A stretch of DNA of 64,000 nucleotides from Tubiluchus corallicola (Eukaryota; Animalia; Priapulida), in NCBI GenBank assembly GCA_030141605.1, contig JAQGDQ010000032.1, positions 944,056-1,008,055 on the forward strand, in the 5' to 3' direction. Of the stretch, positions 50,887 to 64,000 are shown in pieces; positions within the stretch are counted from its first letter, which is position 1; every line of letters begins with the position of its first letter. Under the pieces are notes generated by a model. It did no database searches, was not told where the DNA came from, and saw only the letters and a list, made by a program, of their open reading frames with translations. The position numbers and the translations under genes are program-made.

Positions 50887-51702
50887 TGTTGCTTGCTTAA
50901 AATGTCAACGATATGAAGCTCTTTCTACCGTTATCGGCCGTACAGGCTCCAAGAAATCTTTTTCAGAAGCACTACTCCATTAAATTTTATTGTTATTATT
51001 AAAAAATGATGACAACCATTCAGCACTAAATTACCATCAAACTTGCAAAGTGTAAGTTACTGCAAACTTGCAGCCAGCTTTTCATTCACTAACAGACAGT
51101 TAATTCAAATCGAGTTCATTAATTTTGCTTTCATTATGTGCCTAGATAATCTTTCATTATCTAAAATGTACATAAAAATACACACACATAAATTATTAAC
51201 ATTTACATAATACAATACGGAGACCCCTATTTGCAAAGGTAATAAAACGGGTTAAGCACTTAACAATGGACATATCAATTATATTTTATTTCTTAATCAT
51301 ACTGTTTATTTTGTAGATATTGAAGCCACGAGTCTACATACATTCCAGAACATGCAACCATGGCAAAATTATGTTATGTGAATAAAACTGCCTTGGCTGA
51401 AGGATGACTGCAGGTAAATTGTGGCAAATGTAACAAATATCAACATCCAAACAGCGCCAGTTTATCAGACATTTGTTAAGTTCCTGGGTAAATGCAAGTT
51501 GTCATAATAGCCTTTCCTGACTTTGTTGGTTGACAAAATCGGATAGAAATCGGATTGTGTAAACGTCAAATCCAACATTCTGCGACAGAAATTCGGCTGC
51601 ATCCAGTAACACCTAGTAGCATCAGATTTTGTTGCCGGACAAAATCTGATGCAAATTGGGTTGTCTAAACTTTGCATAAAACTTTGCACAACTAAGATTT
51701 GA

Positions 51703-51783
51703 CCATCATACAGTCTTTTCTTTTTTTCTTCAAAGTCTCATTCCATCATACAGTTTTTTCTTTTTTCTTCAAAGTCTCATTCC
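51703..51783 (+). repeat. ~40 bp tandem duplication
   Basis: ccatcatacagt.ttttcttttttcttcaaagtctcatt occurs twice in tandem. Confidence 0.85.
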
Positions 51784-51899
51784 ACCTACTGTTAGCATTG
51801 AGGAATCAACGTTGATGATATTAGATGGATTATAGTATCGAATTTGCAAACTAACACAATAAAGTGGGATTTTCCAAAAAACTAAAGAAAATAATTATT

Positions 51900-52520
51900 C
51901 AAGTAAACCAGTCAAAAAGAAGAATATATTATTGCAAGAGATGGTAATCAGTCTTGGAAAAAGTGCAAGTATGTGGGTACTTTTCTAAACACCAAAGATG
52001 ATATTAAAAGTACAAAGTGACAAGCAATGCATGCTTTTCTTCAGTACAAAAATGTATTAACTAGGAAGAAATTAAGTCTTAGCATTAGACTTTGATTATT
52101 TAATGCTTACGTTACCAGCATATTTATGTACAGCAAGGAAACTTGGGATTTAATGATTACCCAAGAAAGCAGATTGACACATTTCATAAAAGTCTTCTAA
52201 GGAAACTTTGAAGATAGGATGGCCATACACAATCAAAAATGAAGATTTATGCACCAGAACAAAAGAAACTTCTTGCAGTTCAAAAGTCAAGATACGAAGA
52301 TTAAGATGGCTAGCACATCTTCTAAGATTACTATATGATGCACCAGTACGAATTGCTGTAAAGGAAGCCTTAAAACCTTGCAAAAAACACTTGGCAAACC
52401 AAAAACAAATTGGATAACTAAGATAAGTAAAGATGTTCAACAACATCAAACAAATTTATCTTTGGGAGTAAAAGAACTCACGCTGTAAGCTGCAAATAGA
52501 AATGGGTGGCATACTCTAAT
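51900..52520 (+). mobile_element. Degenerate RTE-clade LINE 3' fragment
   Basis: Translates with stops and frameshifts to KYVGTFL, LFNAYVTSIFMYSKETW and IGWPYTIKNEDL...KIRRLRWLAHLLRL, matching the RTE RT C-terminal pattern (Y..ETW, RRLRW.GH). Confidence 0.8.
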
Positions 52521-52641
52521 AAATCTTGATTCCTCAATGCCTGTCATACAGTAGTACATTGTTATCTGTGGATTTGATGACATAATTGTTACATTTTTAT
52601 CCCATAGGTAGCGCACTAAACACTGCAGCAAATATAAACAA

Positions 52642-55600
52642 ATGGCTGAAACAATTAAAGCGGAATCCTACGATTCCGGCCATTCATCTACAATAATTAA
52701 TGAAGCGGTATATTTGAGTAACGATCTTCATTTGTACGTAGTGTACAAAAGGCGATGGTTTATTTTAGCTACTTTGACTTTAGCTCAGACGTCAAGTGCT
52801 ATGGTAATAATTACGAAAATCCTTATCATTAATGCTTGGAACTCAATTGAGAATTATTAATCTGGCCCCCGCGGTGATTGCACAGCGTCCTCTCTACCAA
52901 TCATAAACTGTTTGTGCGAGGCACAACACATTATCAATTCTTTCACTTATTTCTTTATGCCTTCATTTGCCAAATGGCACATAAGTAAGTAAGTATCTTT
53001 ATTAGTCACCTAGTAGAAACGATAATGTGATACAAAGTGACAAAATTATTAAATAAATAAATTATCTGAGTTAATGATATCAAGTGATTGGTGAAAGGGT
53101 GGCGAAAAACTGAAAGTTACCAAAGTCAACTACCCTGTAAGTAATGTTGCTATTAGTAATTAATTATATGTGCAATTATCTTGACGAAAATTTCAGAATT
53201 AGGTGTAATAAATGGAGCATAAAATTTACATATGGAGCATACCAAATTGCTTAAGTAAGTAAAGAAATGGTGAGTGTACTAAGATAGAAATATCAATATC
53301 ATTGAGATTTAGGTTTAAATTTAAACATATACATAAATATGCATACCTAACAGAAAAAAACAAAGTAATTAAGACTAACAGGCAATTTGGGTATAGACTT
53401 ATAACATAAAGTACAATTTCAGAAGTAGCAGTGCAATAATATATGTAAAGATGGCATTATTACTATTTCCATAGCAAAATTCATGATTAGTGTTCATGTG
53501 AGTTGGGGTTTAGATCTTCAGCACATATATATGATAAGTGAGTTTTTACCATTCGTATGTATATAAACGGTTTGGTAAGTTCAACTTGAGTGGAAAGTAG
53601 TAGTTTAAGTTTTAGTTATGTAAGCAATCCCAAGACTAGGTATATAGAGAAATAAGCATGTTTTTATAATTTAAGACAAGGTAATTAAGAGATTTGTTTT
53701 TGAACTTCTGAGGAAAATTCGTGGGCCTTGGTACTTGAGCGAACGTTGAGCTTTGGTTGTATTGCATCTTTTGACACTGTAAGTATTACTTGATGCAAAG
53801 CGCGTTTGGTAGTTATGCAAAGCTGAAGGTTCACTCAAGTATCCATTAAATAGTTTGGGTAGCTTATGATTCTTGAATTTGAAAACAAATTTAGCCATTT
53901 CTAGCTTATAGATATTAGTTATTTTTAAAATTCTTAGTTGATTATAATAAGGTGTTGCGTGGTCCCGGAAACCAGCAAAGCAGACAGCTTTTACAATTTT
54001 ATTTTGAGGTTCAGCAACATTCTGTATTACAGTTTTGTTGGCTGATCCCCATTTACAACATTTAAATTTTGTAAAAAAATGCATAGATTTATCGATGAAG
54101 TATGCAAAGATTTTCTTATCAAATGGCAACTTACCAGGCAAAGCTTATATAAATTTGTTAATTTCATAATTTCTTTTTCTTGCATTTGTGTCTAATAATA
54201 TTTGCATAATGTTATTGCATAATATTTTTGTATGCAAATTTTGTAAATTATTTTACTTATTTCTTTCCTTTAGGTATGGCTGTCAGTTATGCCAGTAGCT
54301 AATTATGCAGCTGCATATTACAATGTCAGTTTAGATGCCATCAACTGGCTGAGTATGGTGTTCGGTATTGCTACAGTAGTTCTGTCACTACTGACTGTAT
54401 ATGTGATTGACTATGTGGGCATCCGTGCATCGGTATAGAAACTACATTAATTATTATGAAAATAGGTATTAAGGATGACAATAATATTAACATCTATTTA
54501 CATCAATGTAAACTCATTGCCTTAGTAGTAAACTAGTAAACTCGGTTTACCTAGTACATCTAGAAGTAAAGCTGTTCAATTTTATGAATATAGTAAGCAA
54601 ATGTTTACGAATATATTAAGCAAACTGTGCAGAATAAATATGATTTAGCTCTATCTTAGATTTTAGTTGCTGGGCCAGCCAAAGTAAAAAAATAGTAGTT
54701 CATTTACATGGCATGAGCGGAATAGTAATGAATCTCTATTAAATCTATTGGCATTTTTGATAATTAATTTAGCACCCAGATGAGGTTTGCACTGAGGTTA
54801 TCATAAATACACCTTTTCAGACTATCTCTGCTCAGTTCATTAAAAATTTAGTACAACTAATTGATTTACAGCTTGTACTTAGGCGACACAATTACCAATT
54901 TGAGATTTTCCTAACTTATTTTAGCTACTAACTGGTGCTTGGTGCACAGGCATTGGACAGCTAATTCGAGTTCTGAGCCAATTTGAGAGTAATATGAATA
55001 TGAAATTCCCAGTTGCCATGTTTGGTCAGACAATTGCTGCATGTGGCCAAGGTTTCATATTACTGATGCCTGCAAAAGTTTCTGCAATTTGGTTTCATGA
55101 TGGGGAACGAACACTTGCCACTACCATCTCTTGCATGGGTGAGTACTTAGTCAAGTTAATGTTGAGATTAGTGACAGTTCAATTTTTAATATTTTTTATA
55201 ATTATTATTTAAACGGTGCAAGCAATTGATTTTGAGTGAAATCTGTTAACAGTGTTTAAACACACACAATTATAAAAAAATAAAAAATTGTAAGACTCGG
55301 TAAAATTAAACAAAGGTTTGGAGTTGCTTTGGTTAAGTCCACTAACTGATTAGACTAAGACCCAACTTACTTAATGTATATCTAACCCCATTTTTCAAAG
55401 ACAAAGGCTACACGTGGTAACATGAATTAGAATTACTTGTAGAAGCAAGTATATAATATTACTTCATCTTTTTTGATTTTTGGGATTTCCTAGGACAAGC
55501 AGCAGGGATGTTGCTGGCCAACATTGTTTCACCTGCAGTTGTTCAACATAAGGATGACATTCCACTAATGGTAAGGGCGTTTTTCAAACTTGCCACATAA

Positions 55601-58600
55601 TATACGTGATAATATTATGGCAATGATTAATATCACACAGCTCTACCCTTTGCTTTCTGACAACAAATAACATTTAAAATCGGCATCACAAGAGCTAGTG
55701 GTTAGTAGTATCTTGCTTAGTACATAGTACCAACTTATGTTTTGTTAGAACGTCAATCGTGGATGAGATAAACAGCGTGGAATGTTTATTAGTTAATTTT
55801 CAAGTCTAAATTCTAATCAGAAGAAAGTGTAAAGAATGAACTGAATGGCACATGAACTGGCAACATCTGGAATATGTTGGACTAGCAGCCATTTTAGTTT
55901 ATTTACTAGTGTCTAGTTTTTTTTTATGAAGATGAAGGTAACTCCCAGTTCTGTTATGGTGGCTGTAAATTTGTAAGTTACTGGAGTAAAAAGTAAATAT
56001 ATAATTTACTGTACTCTGTAAGTCATGAACTTCTTGTTGTTTGTTACCTTGAAATATTTGTTTTGCAAGATAATTTTCTGCTTATGGCTTTCAACACAAT
56101 ACTTGCACAAAAGATTTTCATTATGATCCAGACAAACCTTATTACATTTTAGACTGCAAAGACATAAGCATAAGTTTCATGCTCTAAGCACAAAATTAAC
56201 TGATTTTCTTGTGGAGTTGATTTGAATCTTTAGTGGTAGCTGATGTGTGATTCAAACTATTTATGTCAACGATTTCATGTATGATGCCTACATCAAAAGT
56301 GAACAGAATTTTAATGTAAATGTTATTGTCTTCAAATAAAATTTGATTTATAGGCAGGGCAAATTTTAAACGTTTAACTTCAATATAAATTTCGCCTTGA
56401 AATTTTAGTAATTGCATTGCTATTAGTTATAACATCAGAAGTAATAACAGGTCATTTCATAATTTGTTTCATTCTACTTACTTAGTTTCAGTTCATTTTT
56501 AATACAACTTGGCTACTATCAGCATGTGATAAAACCAGATACAGCTCATTATCAAAGATGGCCTCTAAGATGTATTCCTCCTCAGCCAAAATCAAGCTAT
56601 GGCATGAGGGATGAAGCAGCTCTTAGCAAATCTTGAACCCAAATGGTTTAGAGCCAGTGACCAGCCTCATCATAATGCTTATGACTCATTGCTTAACTTT
56701 AGTCACAAACTACACAAATGCATGACCACTTAGTTTTCACTCCCATTTTCAGAATATTTGATATTATTATACATGGCTTGTAATGTTTTCCCTTTCTTTA
56801 CCATTTTAACCATGAAGAGTTGGTTCTTAATAAAAATATTATTTGTACTAAGACTTGGAGTTTATGCATATATATATATATATATATATATATTACATTA
56901 CATGATGTTATTATCTGCATGTTTGTTAGGACATATGTTAAAATGGCAAGTCTCTGGAGAATTTTTCTGTCCTATGCTCATTACTTACATTTACATTCAT
57001 GGTATATCCAAATCTTTTCAGGATGAAGTGTTTTTAGGGCCAGCTGCTCTAACAGTTGTCATGGCCACATTTGGTGTTTGCAGCTCATCTCCACCTACAC
57101 CTCCATCAAGCAGTGCTGCTGAAAAGCCAGAACCATTTTCAGCTGGCATAAAAAAGGTAGGTTACCCTCTTGAACATTACTTACATTTTGAATATATCAT
57201 AATAACAGTTTTGTACAGTAAACATTTGCTTAGTACAGAGGCATAACAAGGTGGAGGCGACGGGCAATAACATACAGTTCAATGACTGTTAATTATTAAT
57301 TACAGATCTGACATTAACAAAACAATTAACAAAAGTTTTCAAGCTACATCAAAATTGCCTAGTCAGAGATCATCATAGCTGACTTAATTACTACAAACAG
57401 CCTAGAAAAAAGGCTAATGTAGTTACTTGTGTGTCGTATGGCTTAGCAGATTGATTTTTTTGGAAGAAACACTGGCATTTCTCTAACTGCAGATTGTATT
57501 ATTGTGAATACCTGTAGTGTTCAGTATCTTTCATACATTCAGCTGGAACTGAATGTGTAAGCACTGTCGTGCTAGTCGCATCTAATGCATTGCAAAGAGT
57601 TACCTCTGGTGCAGTACCGCAAGTCAAACTCAGCGTAATTCTTAAAAACAAATATCTTTATCCCATCATGTCGAAAAAGGAAAGCTCAGGTGTGCAAAAA
57701 ACGAATGTAACTTGTGGCTTTACCCACGAAACAAATAATCAAAACATTAAAAGGGTTGGTTGCCGGAAGTTATTTTGCCCACTTGGCACCACTAACACTT
57801 GCTACATCACTGGCTTAGTAATGCCAATTAATGCATTCCAGTAAAATGTGTTTTCAAGTGTGAGCTGTGCTTTGACAGAAAATAATGTAATTATGTGCAT
57901 TTGGTATGTTACCAAAAAATCAGTACTGCTTGTCTTATAGACACGCATCTGTTTGCAATTTTACTGTTCATACTTTAGTTACATTTATTAAACACAAGAA
58001 AGTAAGTATTAAATTTTAAATGTAGCTTCAGTAGTTGTACAAACTTTCAGATAATTTTGTCGATATTTCTTACTGTTCAGTGTGATATTTTGCTAAAGTT
58101 CATAACAGGTTTGCATTTTTGTACTGTGGTGATGTCTACCATGTTTTGGGTATACCTTTCTCTGGCATTTCCTTTTTCTTTTTTCTGCAACATGCATACA
58201 ATGGCATTTTAGAGCTTCTCTTTTTGTTCTTCTTTCTCTGATTTTATGCTTTAAGATTTAATATCGCATCATTTTCCAAATGAAGATATCAGTAATTGTC
58301 ATCTTAATTTGGAATCTGATAGTAATGGGATGGTTGTAACAGAACGAACTCAAGTTTCTGTTTCATTTCACATTAAAGGAATCCTACGCAGTAAAAACTA
58401 GTCAAAGGCATGAATTCTACCAAACATTTCCAGCTAAATTAGTTTAGCAGCTTTATTATGGTGGCTATTCATTTCTTTTGCAGATATTAGAAATTAACGT
58501 AATCGATGAAGCACTAGTATTGACTCATTTTGCCTTAGTAGTTTCCTTTGACAGATTAATGATAACTTGTATTATGAAAAGTCTGTCTCGAAATATTAAA

Positions 58601-61600
58601 TGCTGTAAGTGCTACTTTTTTATTTTTTAGTTAATTACTAGCAAAGAGTACCTTATTCTGTTTTTTGGAGCCGGCGGTGGAGCAGCTATATTCATAGGGT
58701 TACTTACTTTAATGACTGAAGTTCTCTGCCCGATGGGATACTCTGATGTATGTTTTTTGCATTCTGTTGTTTGTATGTTAGCATGCATCATTTATTTAGA
58801 AACATGCCAAAAGTACCTTGTACTATTTGAAAATGCCTGTTCAATGCAAACGGGCATTTATGCCATCTGACATAAACTGATGTCACAGTCAATTCAAATT
58901 TCTTGCTTTTCAATATTAGTCAATATGGGCAGTTTAGAACAAGACTAACAGATTTTTCAGTGGTCAATGCAAGACTATTAGTAATTTAACCGTGTTGCCC
59001 AAAAAATGCTCGCAAAAAGACTGTTAAAGAAATGTTTTCACATAAATGTAGTTCAAGATTCTTTTAAAATGGAAATTGGTCACTCATGTATGTTTATTTT
59101 TATTTGGATTAATTATGTTTGCTGCAGCATTACTGTGTCGGTATACAAAAGTAAAGATGGGCATTTACGAAATGTAATTTCAATGTGACTAAGTATGTAC
59201 AACAAAAAGGCTTGTAGGACAACAAGCCACGGTTGAGTAATGGTGCCTTAAACTGTGTCTTCATTCTCCATATATGGAAACTGATTAACTTTGATTACTA
59301 ATTACAGATGGATCATTTCAAGAAGGATGCGCTGCTTTGAAACATGAGGATAATGTGTTTAGAATTGTCGAGAGAAAAAAATTCGTTGTGAATGTATTTA
59401 GGACTTGACTTTTCATCAATTATTCATTACTGATCATGAATCAAGAGGCTGTTTCTTGGTCCAGTGGCAGCTTTGTCTATTTGTGCCCATTCTATTAAAA
59501 TCCAGATAAGTGGTTGCAAATTGATTTATAGATAAATGTTGACAAATGTCAGTTTTTTGGGAGTTTTAGCCACTACGAATTACCGACCTTGTATTGATAG
59601 GTTGACTGCTGTCTGTCCGCTTTCTATGTGGCTTCTCATTCTGAATACCTTGGGACTGGTTTTATTGAACAATACGTGCTTTAAGAAGTACATTTATTTT
59701 GCACAAATAACTTTTTTGGAAATGTCCTCCAAAATTTATATGATTGGCCAGCTTTGGGATCCTACTGTCTAGTCTTTCTCTTGGAAAACACTATATATGT
59801 ATTTTAGGCGGATCTACAATCTGCTGCAATTATGTTTTTCTGAAATTAGGTGAAATTTAATCTAAAAGTTGAACTGTACCTTTTGCATTGCAGACCTTCT
59901 CAGGATTGTGTAGTGTATTTATCATAGCATTTGGAGTATTTGGGGCGATAATAGCTGGAATCTTCATTGACCGGACAAAACTGTACACAGAAGTGTTGAA
60001 GATCGGATTCTGCATTTCAGTTTTGTGTTTGTGTGCATTCAGCATAGTAAGTAGTATTATCAGTAATTAATATAGTTTTAGCATTGATGAACCTAAAAGC
60101 GTTTATAATGTTACTAAGTGACAATAGTTCAGGCTTGAAACTCCTTTTTTATAGCAGGTGTCAAAATAGTTTTTTAGTTCTATCACCGTATTCTTGCAAG
60201 CAGTGCTTAATATAATTTCTGTATGGTATATAAACATAATATACATGTATATTATTGTATTTCTACAGTTAAATGAATTCTCTTTACAATACCAGCATTA
60301 CAATGTCCCACTTGCCTCCCCTCCCTGTGTCCTGGCCTGCTTATCACTAAACCTGTCACTTTGTGACTTATTACCCAACCATGATAGAATTCTTACTGTT
60401 CAGAGCAGTTTCATAATTAATAGTTATTACTTTACATAAAAAACACATTAAAAGCACTATAGATGCTACCTGTTGGTAGATTGCTGAAAAATTTTTACAA
60501 TTAGATTACAATTAAAATACACTTGTATTTAAGATTAAAATAATAGTAATGGTAAATTATGGAAATTCTTGATTTGTTTTTATTTATATTTATCAGATAA
60601 CTAATTAATTATATGACAAATGATCATTAGTTTCCTTTGAACTTAATAAACTTAATTACAAGATTATTTTTGATGATAGTACGAACCCATGATTACATTT
60701 TAAAGACCAAATGTTGAAAGACAGAAACTGTGAAAAAGTTGGAATACAGTTTGGATTTGAACCAGACACTTAGTGGTCTAAGACACCTGCCTTGTAAGCA
60801 GAAGTTCTGGGCCAAACCCAAGCTGTATTCCAACTTCACATTTCCTGTCTTTTAAGGGCTTACTCCATCTTGCTTACTCCATCTTCGAACTTAGTGTTCG
60901 AAATACAGTTTCTAATTCTATCATTGCAGAATAGCTTTCTAAAATCATAATCATGTTTTCAGTAATTAAATTTTTTAGTTTGAGTGCTAATTAGGGATGT
61001 AATTCTTAAACTTTGCGTTCTTCACGTGACAAAACAATATGAATTCATAACTTTGTGCTTCACAGTTTGAAAACTTAATAATTATTGTAATAATATTTCA
61101 AAAATAACTTTTCCTCAACAGTTGTGTTTGCGTCGTGATATGGAGATTCCCCTGGCTGTGTGCTGTGCATTAATAGGCTTCTTTGGTTATCCATCTTACC
61201 CTATTGTTCAAGAGCTAGCTGTGGAATTAACTTATCCAGTTGCCGAAGCTTGCAGTGCCGGATTATTAATGGTGTCAGGGTAGGTGAGATCTTATTTTAC
61301 TTTTTTTATATTTGCTTGCTCTGAAGAAGTTCAGTAGTAATCTAGGAGCCAAGTGACTTTTTTATTATTAATAACTAAGAGAAGTTCACTTCTACAAGTC
61401 TGAAGCTTGTTTACATAAATTTATTGAATTATGTATTGGTGTATATTGACTCCTTTCTCAGTGATGTTAAATCCAGAGCTTTTTAGAAATTGACTAGTCA
61501 TAGCATTGCATTCTGTCAACCTTCCCAGCTTCGTCTAGAGTCACCATATGTAACCAAATTATTTACCACGTTTACAGGTATTATCTCAGTTGATCATAAG

Positions 61601-63581
61601 TGTTATCAAGCTACATTGCAGAGGATCATTTACCAACTGTGCAATGTGGGCTTCACACAATTTGATTCCTAGCTGCTTTGAAACGCTTTTGTATGAAAAT
61701 TTCCTGAAATTTTGCAAAATTCATATGGTCGGCTCACAGGAGTTTCTGCCAAATACAAAATAAGTGATAATAGTTGAGTTTACAAAATTGTATGGAAATT
61801 CATTTGGTCTGTAAACTGGATGGTGCATACATACATATTCTTTACAATTTACATTCGTGTCTTGTCTTCGTCTTAACATAGTCGTTTGTCGATTATTGTC
61901 AGTTACAGGTAGTAAAGGCTTTCTGTAACAATGGCATTACTGAGATTCGTTACTTTATCAAGGTTTGTTGATTTTTTTATTTTTTTCAGTAATTTGATAG
62001 GAACATTGGTAATAATCATTATGCAAAGTATCGGTCAGCCATTACATACGAGTGATCTGCCGTACGAAAGCTGCACAGACAACCCTCATGCAGGAAAGAT
62101 TGAACCACTCGATCAAACAGGTAAAGCAAAGATGTTGTCTATTGTTTGTCAAAGCTTTTGAAATTGAAAAAACTACAAAGTTGCTTCATGTAGAAATTAC
62201 AGTGTAGTTCCCTACAGCTGCTTTATCAACATAAGCCAGATAATAAAAAACACTTTTATTTCTATCTTTTAAACACCCTTGCAGTGCATTCATTCTTGCC
62301 CACTAGCTAACATTGTGATCTTTGTAGCCCAAAGTTCTAAACTTTTAAAATTTTATTACAAAAAAACAACATTTTGTCAACTAAGTTGACTATATACCGA
62401 CTTGTTTCTTCAAGGACTTAGTTACAATATAACTCTACATAAAAAGTGCAAAAAGGAGTACATGGGATATGTATTCCATGGGAATACATGATGCTTATTC
62501 TACAACATTATAGAACTTAAAAAAATGTTTCCAGTTATTATGATTTATATAGAAATGCTTATTGAGCAGTAACTTACAAATCCTTGGTCTAAAACTTGTT
62601 TTTAGTTATGCCCTTTGGTTCTGGATAATACCTGAAAGTTTTGCGAACTAAAAAATTTATCAGGCTATGTTGGTTGGCAGTTTCAAAAGTTAAAATATGA
62701 GTGTGAAAAGTTTGAGCAACATAGTCTACATAGTATAGTCTATGACTGGGTGGGCGTAGCTCAATGGTAGTGTGTTCGCTTCCCACGTGGAAAGTCGCAT
62801 GTTCAATTCCAGACCGAGTCATACCAAAAACTTAAAAAAGTATCTGCTGGTTCTTCAGCCAAGCATGCGGGTTTATCTAAGTAGCATGTGGTTAATAATA
62901 ATCAGAAACACCCTGGAAATAAGTATTGAGTTACTTAATTATATAAATACGATATACTGTGCATTGCAAGTGTTTAGAACTTGTACTTATACCATTGCTC
63001 ATCTACGGGAAAAGTACATAAAGCAGTATTTTGCGGTGTATACAAAAATGTTTTGTCTCTTGCTACTAATATAGAGTTAAAACAGGAATAATTTTCTTTA
63101 GAAAGGCCCAAGTTTTACCACCATTTCCATGTAATCTTTGAATTTGCCTAATTTTATTATTAATAAAAGTGGTATTTGCTAAACTCATCCTGATTACGAA
63201 AATAATTTGTTTAAAGAGCCATCGTGACTAAGCAAATAAAGTTGCGACACTAATTCTCGTAAGAAACAGTTGACTGGATGTAGCTTAAATAAATGCTAGC
63301 TTAATATGTCTGTGGTCGTAATCGAACGTCTGGCAAATTAATCCATTCTTAGAGCATTATTATTCAATATTCACTTTGTTCGTGCATCATTTGAAAGTAG
63401 CTATCTCTTTTGTCATATTTTTATTGAATCTTAATTTTTTTCAGTTCCTATGCTATCACTATCTGCTTTCGGAACCTTTGTCGCCGTTGTTATAGTTTTG
63501 TTTCTACATCCAAAATTGCAACGGTTGAAGAAAGAACACGAGTCGGACAGAGAGGAGTTGTCGTCAGATACAAACAGCTGA
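52642..63581 (+). CDS. SLC49A3: MFS transporter SLC49A3/MFSD7-like (FLVCR family). Exons 52642-52803, 54274-54432, 54925-55138, 55494-55570, 57022-57156, 58631-58747, 59894-60046, 61122-61279, 61990-62120, 63445-63581
   Basis: Motifs VYKRRWFIL, INWLSMV, GQTIAACGQGF..PAKVSAIWF..ERTLAT, PPTPPSSSA, LCPMGYSD and ELAVELTYPVAE. All introns are GT-AG with consistent phase. AATAAA near 63912. Confidence 0.9.
52980..54141 (-). mobile_element. CR1-group (L2/Crack/Daphne-like) LINE 3' fragment in the first coding intron of SLC49A3
   Basis: QNKIVKAVCF...HATPYYNQLRILKITNIYKLEMAKFVFK...HNYQTR is the typical post-RT segment. The 3' end has AATAAA followed by a (TACT)n tail at about 52985-53003. Confidence 0.85.
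60714..60855. repeat. Inverted repeat, probably two opposed tRNA-SINE fragments
   Basis: aaagacagaaactgtgaa..gttggaatacag..tttgaaccaga pairs with tctggg..ctgtattccaacttcacatttcctgtcttt. The spacer tagtggtctaagacacctgccttgtaagcag is tRNA-like. Confidence 0.65.
62748..62875 (+). mobile_element. tRNA-derived SINE
   Basis: A box TAGCTCAATGG and B box GTTCAATTCC, then a SINE body gtcataccaaaaacttaaaaa...tgctg instead of a paired tRNA 3' end. Confidence 0.75.
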
Positions 63582-64000
63582 CATTGCAGTTGAATAACTT
63601 GGTGGTGATGAAGATTGTGGAGCCAAACTATTTATGGTTGTGTACTGTGTTTTTGTGAAATCAAACTCAGACAACTGCTAGATAACCCGTTGGCTAGCAG
63701 TGCCACAGTTTTTGAAGGTTTTTGTAAGCATCAATTGATGATTTTCATGTGGAGCTATTGCAAATTTAAGTTTATTTTTTATGATTTTCGACTTGATTTT
63801 ATCAATTATTGAATTACACAATTTACATACATAGTAAGGTATTGTCTTTTTATTTAGACTGCAGTACTTTTAATTATGTTAGAAATATAAAGCTAAAAAT
63901 AATTAAATTCGAATAAAAAGTCTTGTTGTGTTACTAATTTTACATTTTTTAAACAAAATCACATTTCAGTACGAAGTCAAGTTATCAAAAAGGTGCTGTT

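Noticed and set aside
62748-62820. Possible tRNA-Gly(CCC) gene
   Set aside because: Acceptor and T stems do not pair and the sequence continues into a SINE body.

Overview
AT-rich genomic DNA from an invertebrate animal, with spliceosomal GT-AG introns, microsatellites, tRNA-SINEs and LINE/Penelope/hAT debris. The taxon cannot be fixed from sequence alone. Seven protein-coding genes can be built by hand: a multi-C2H2 zinc-finger gene (minus, runs off the left edge), an orphan secreted precursor A (11.6-12.3 kb, minus), an 8-exon membrane-anchored ZP-domain (cuticlin-like) gene (21.5-30.9 kb, plus), an orphan secreted precursor B (33.8-34.4 kb, minus), an F-box/LRR gene (minus), a NIPA2-like Mg2+ transporter with an intronless CDS (minus), and a 10-coding-exon SLC49A3/MFSD7-like MFS transporter (plus). 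The most striking signal is that A and B, 22 kb apart on either side of the ZP gene, are otherwise unalignable by eye. Yet both have a signal peptide, basic cleavage sites, a C-x6-C motif and the same C-terminal peptide HYLL(N/S)SRG(Y/V)RI-stop written in different codons. This is a candidate undescribed peptide-hormone/neuropeptide family. Also noted: a long palindrome carrying a Penelope-type hammerhead ribozyme core, a ZP protein lacking the usual furin site, a signal-peptide-like exon antisense within a ZP intron, and possible overlap of the NIPA and SLC49A3 5' ends. All exon coordinates were read manually and no database search was run.
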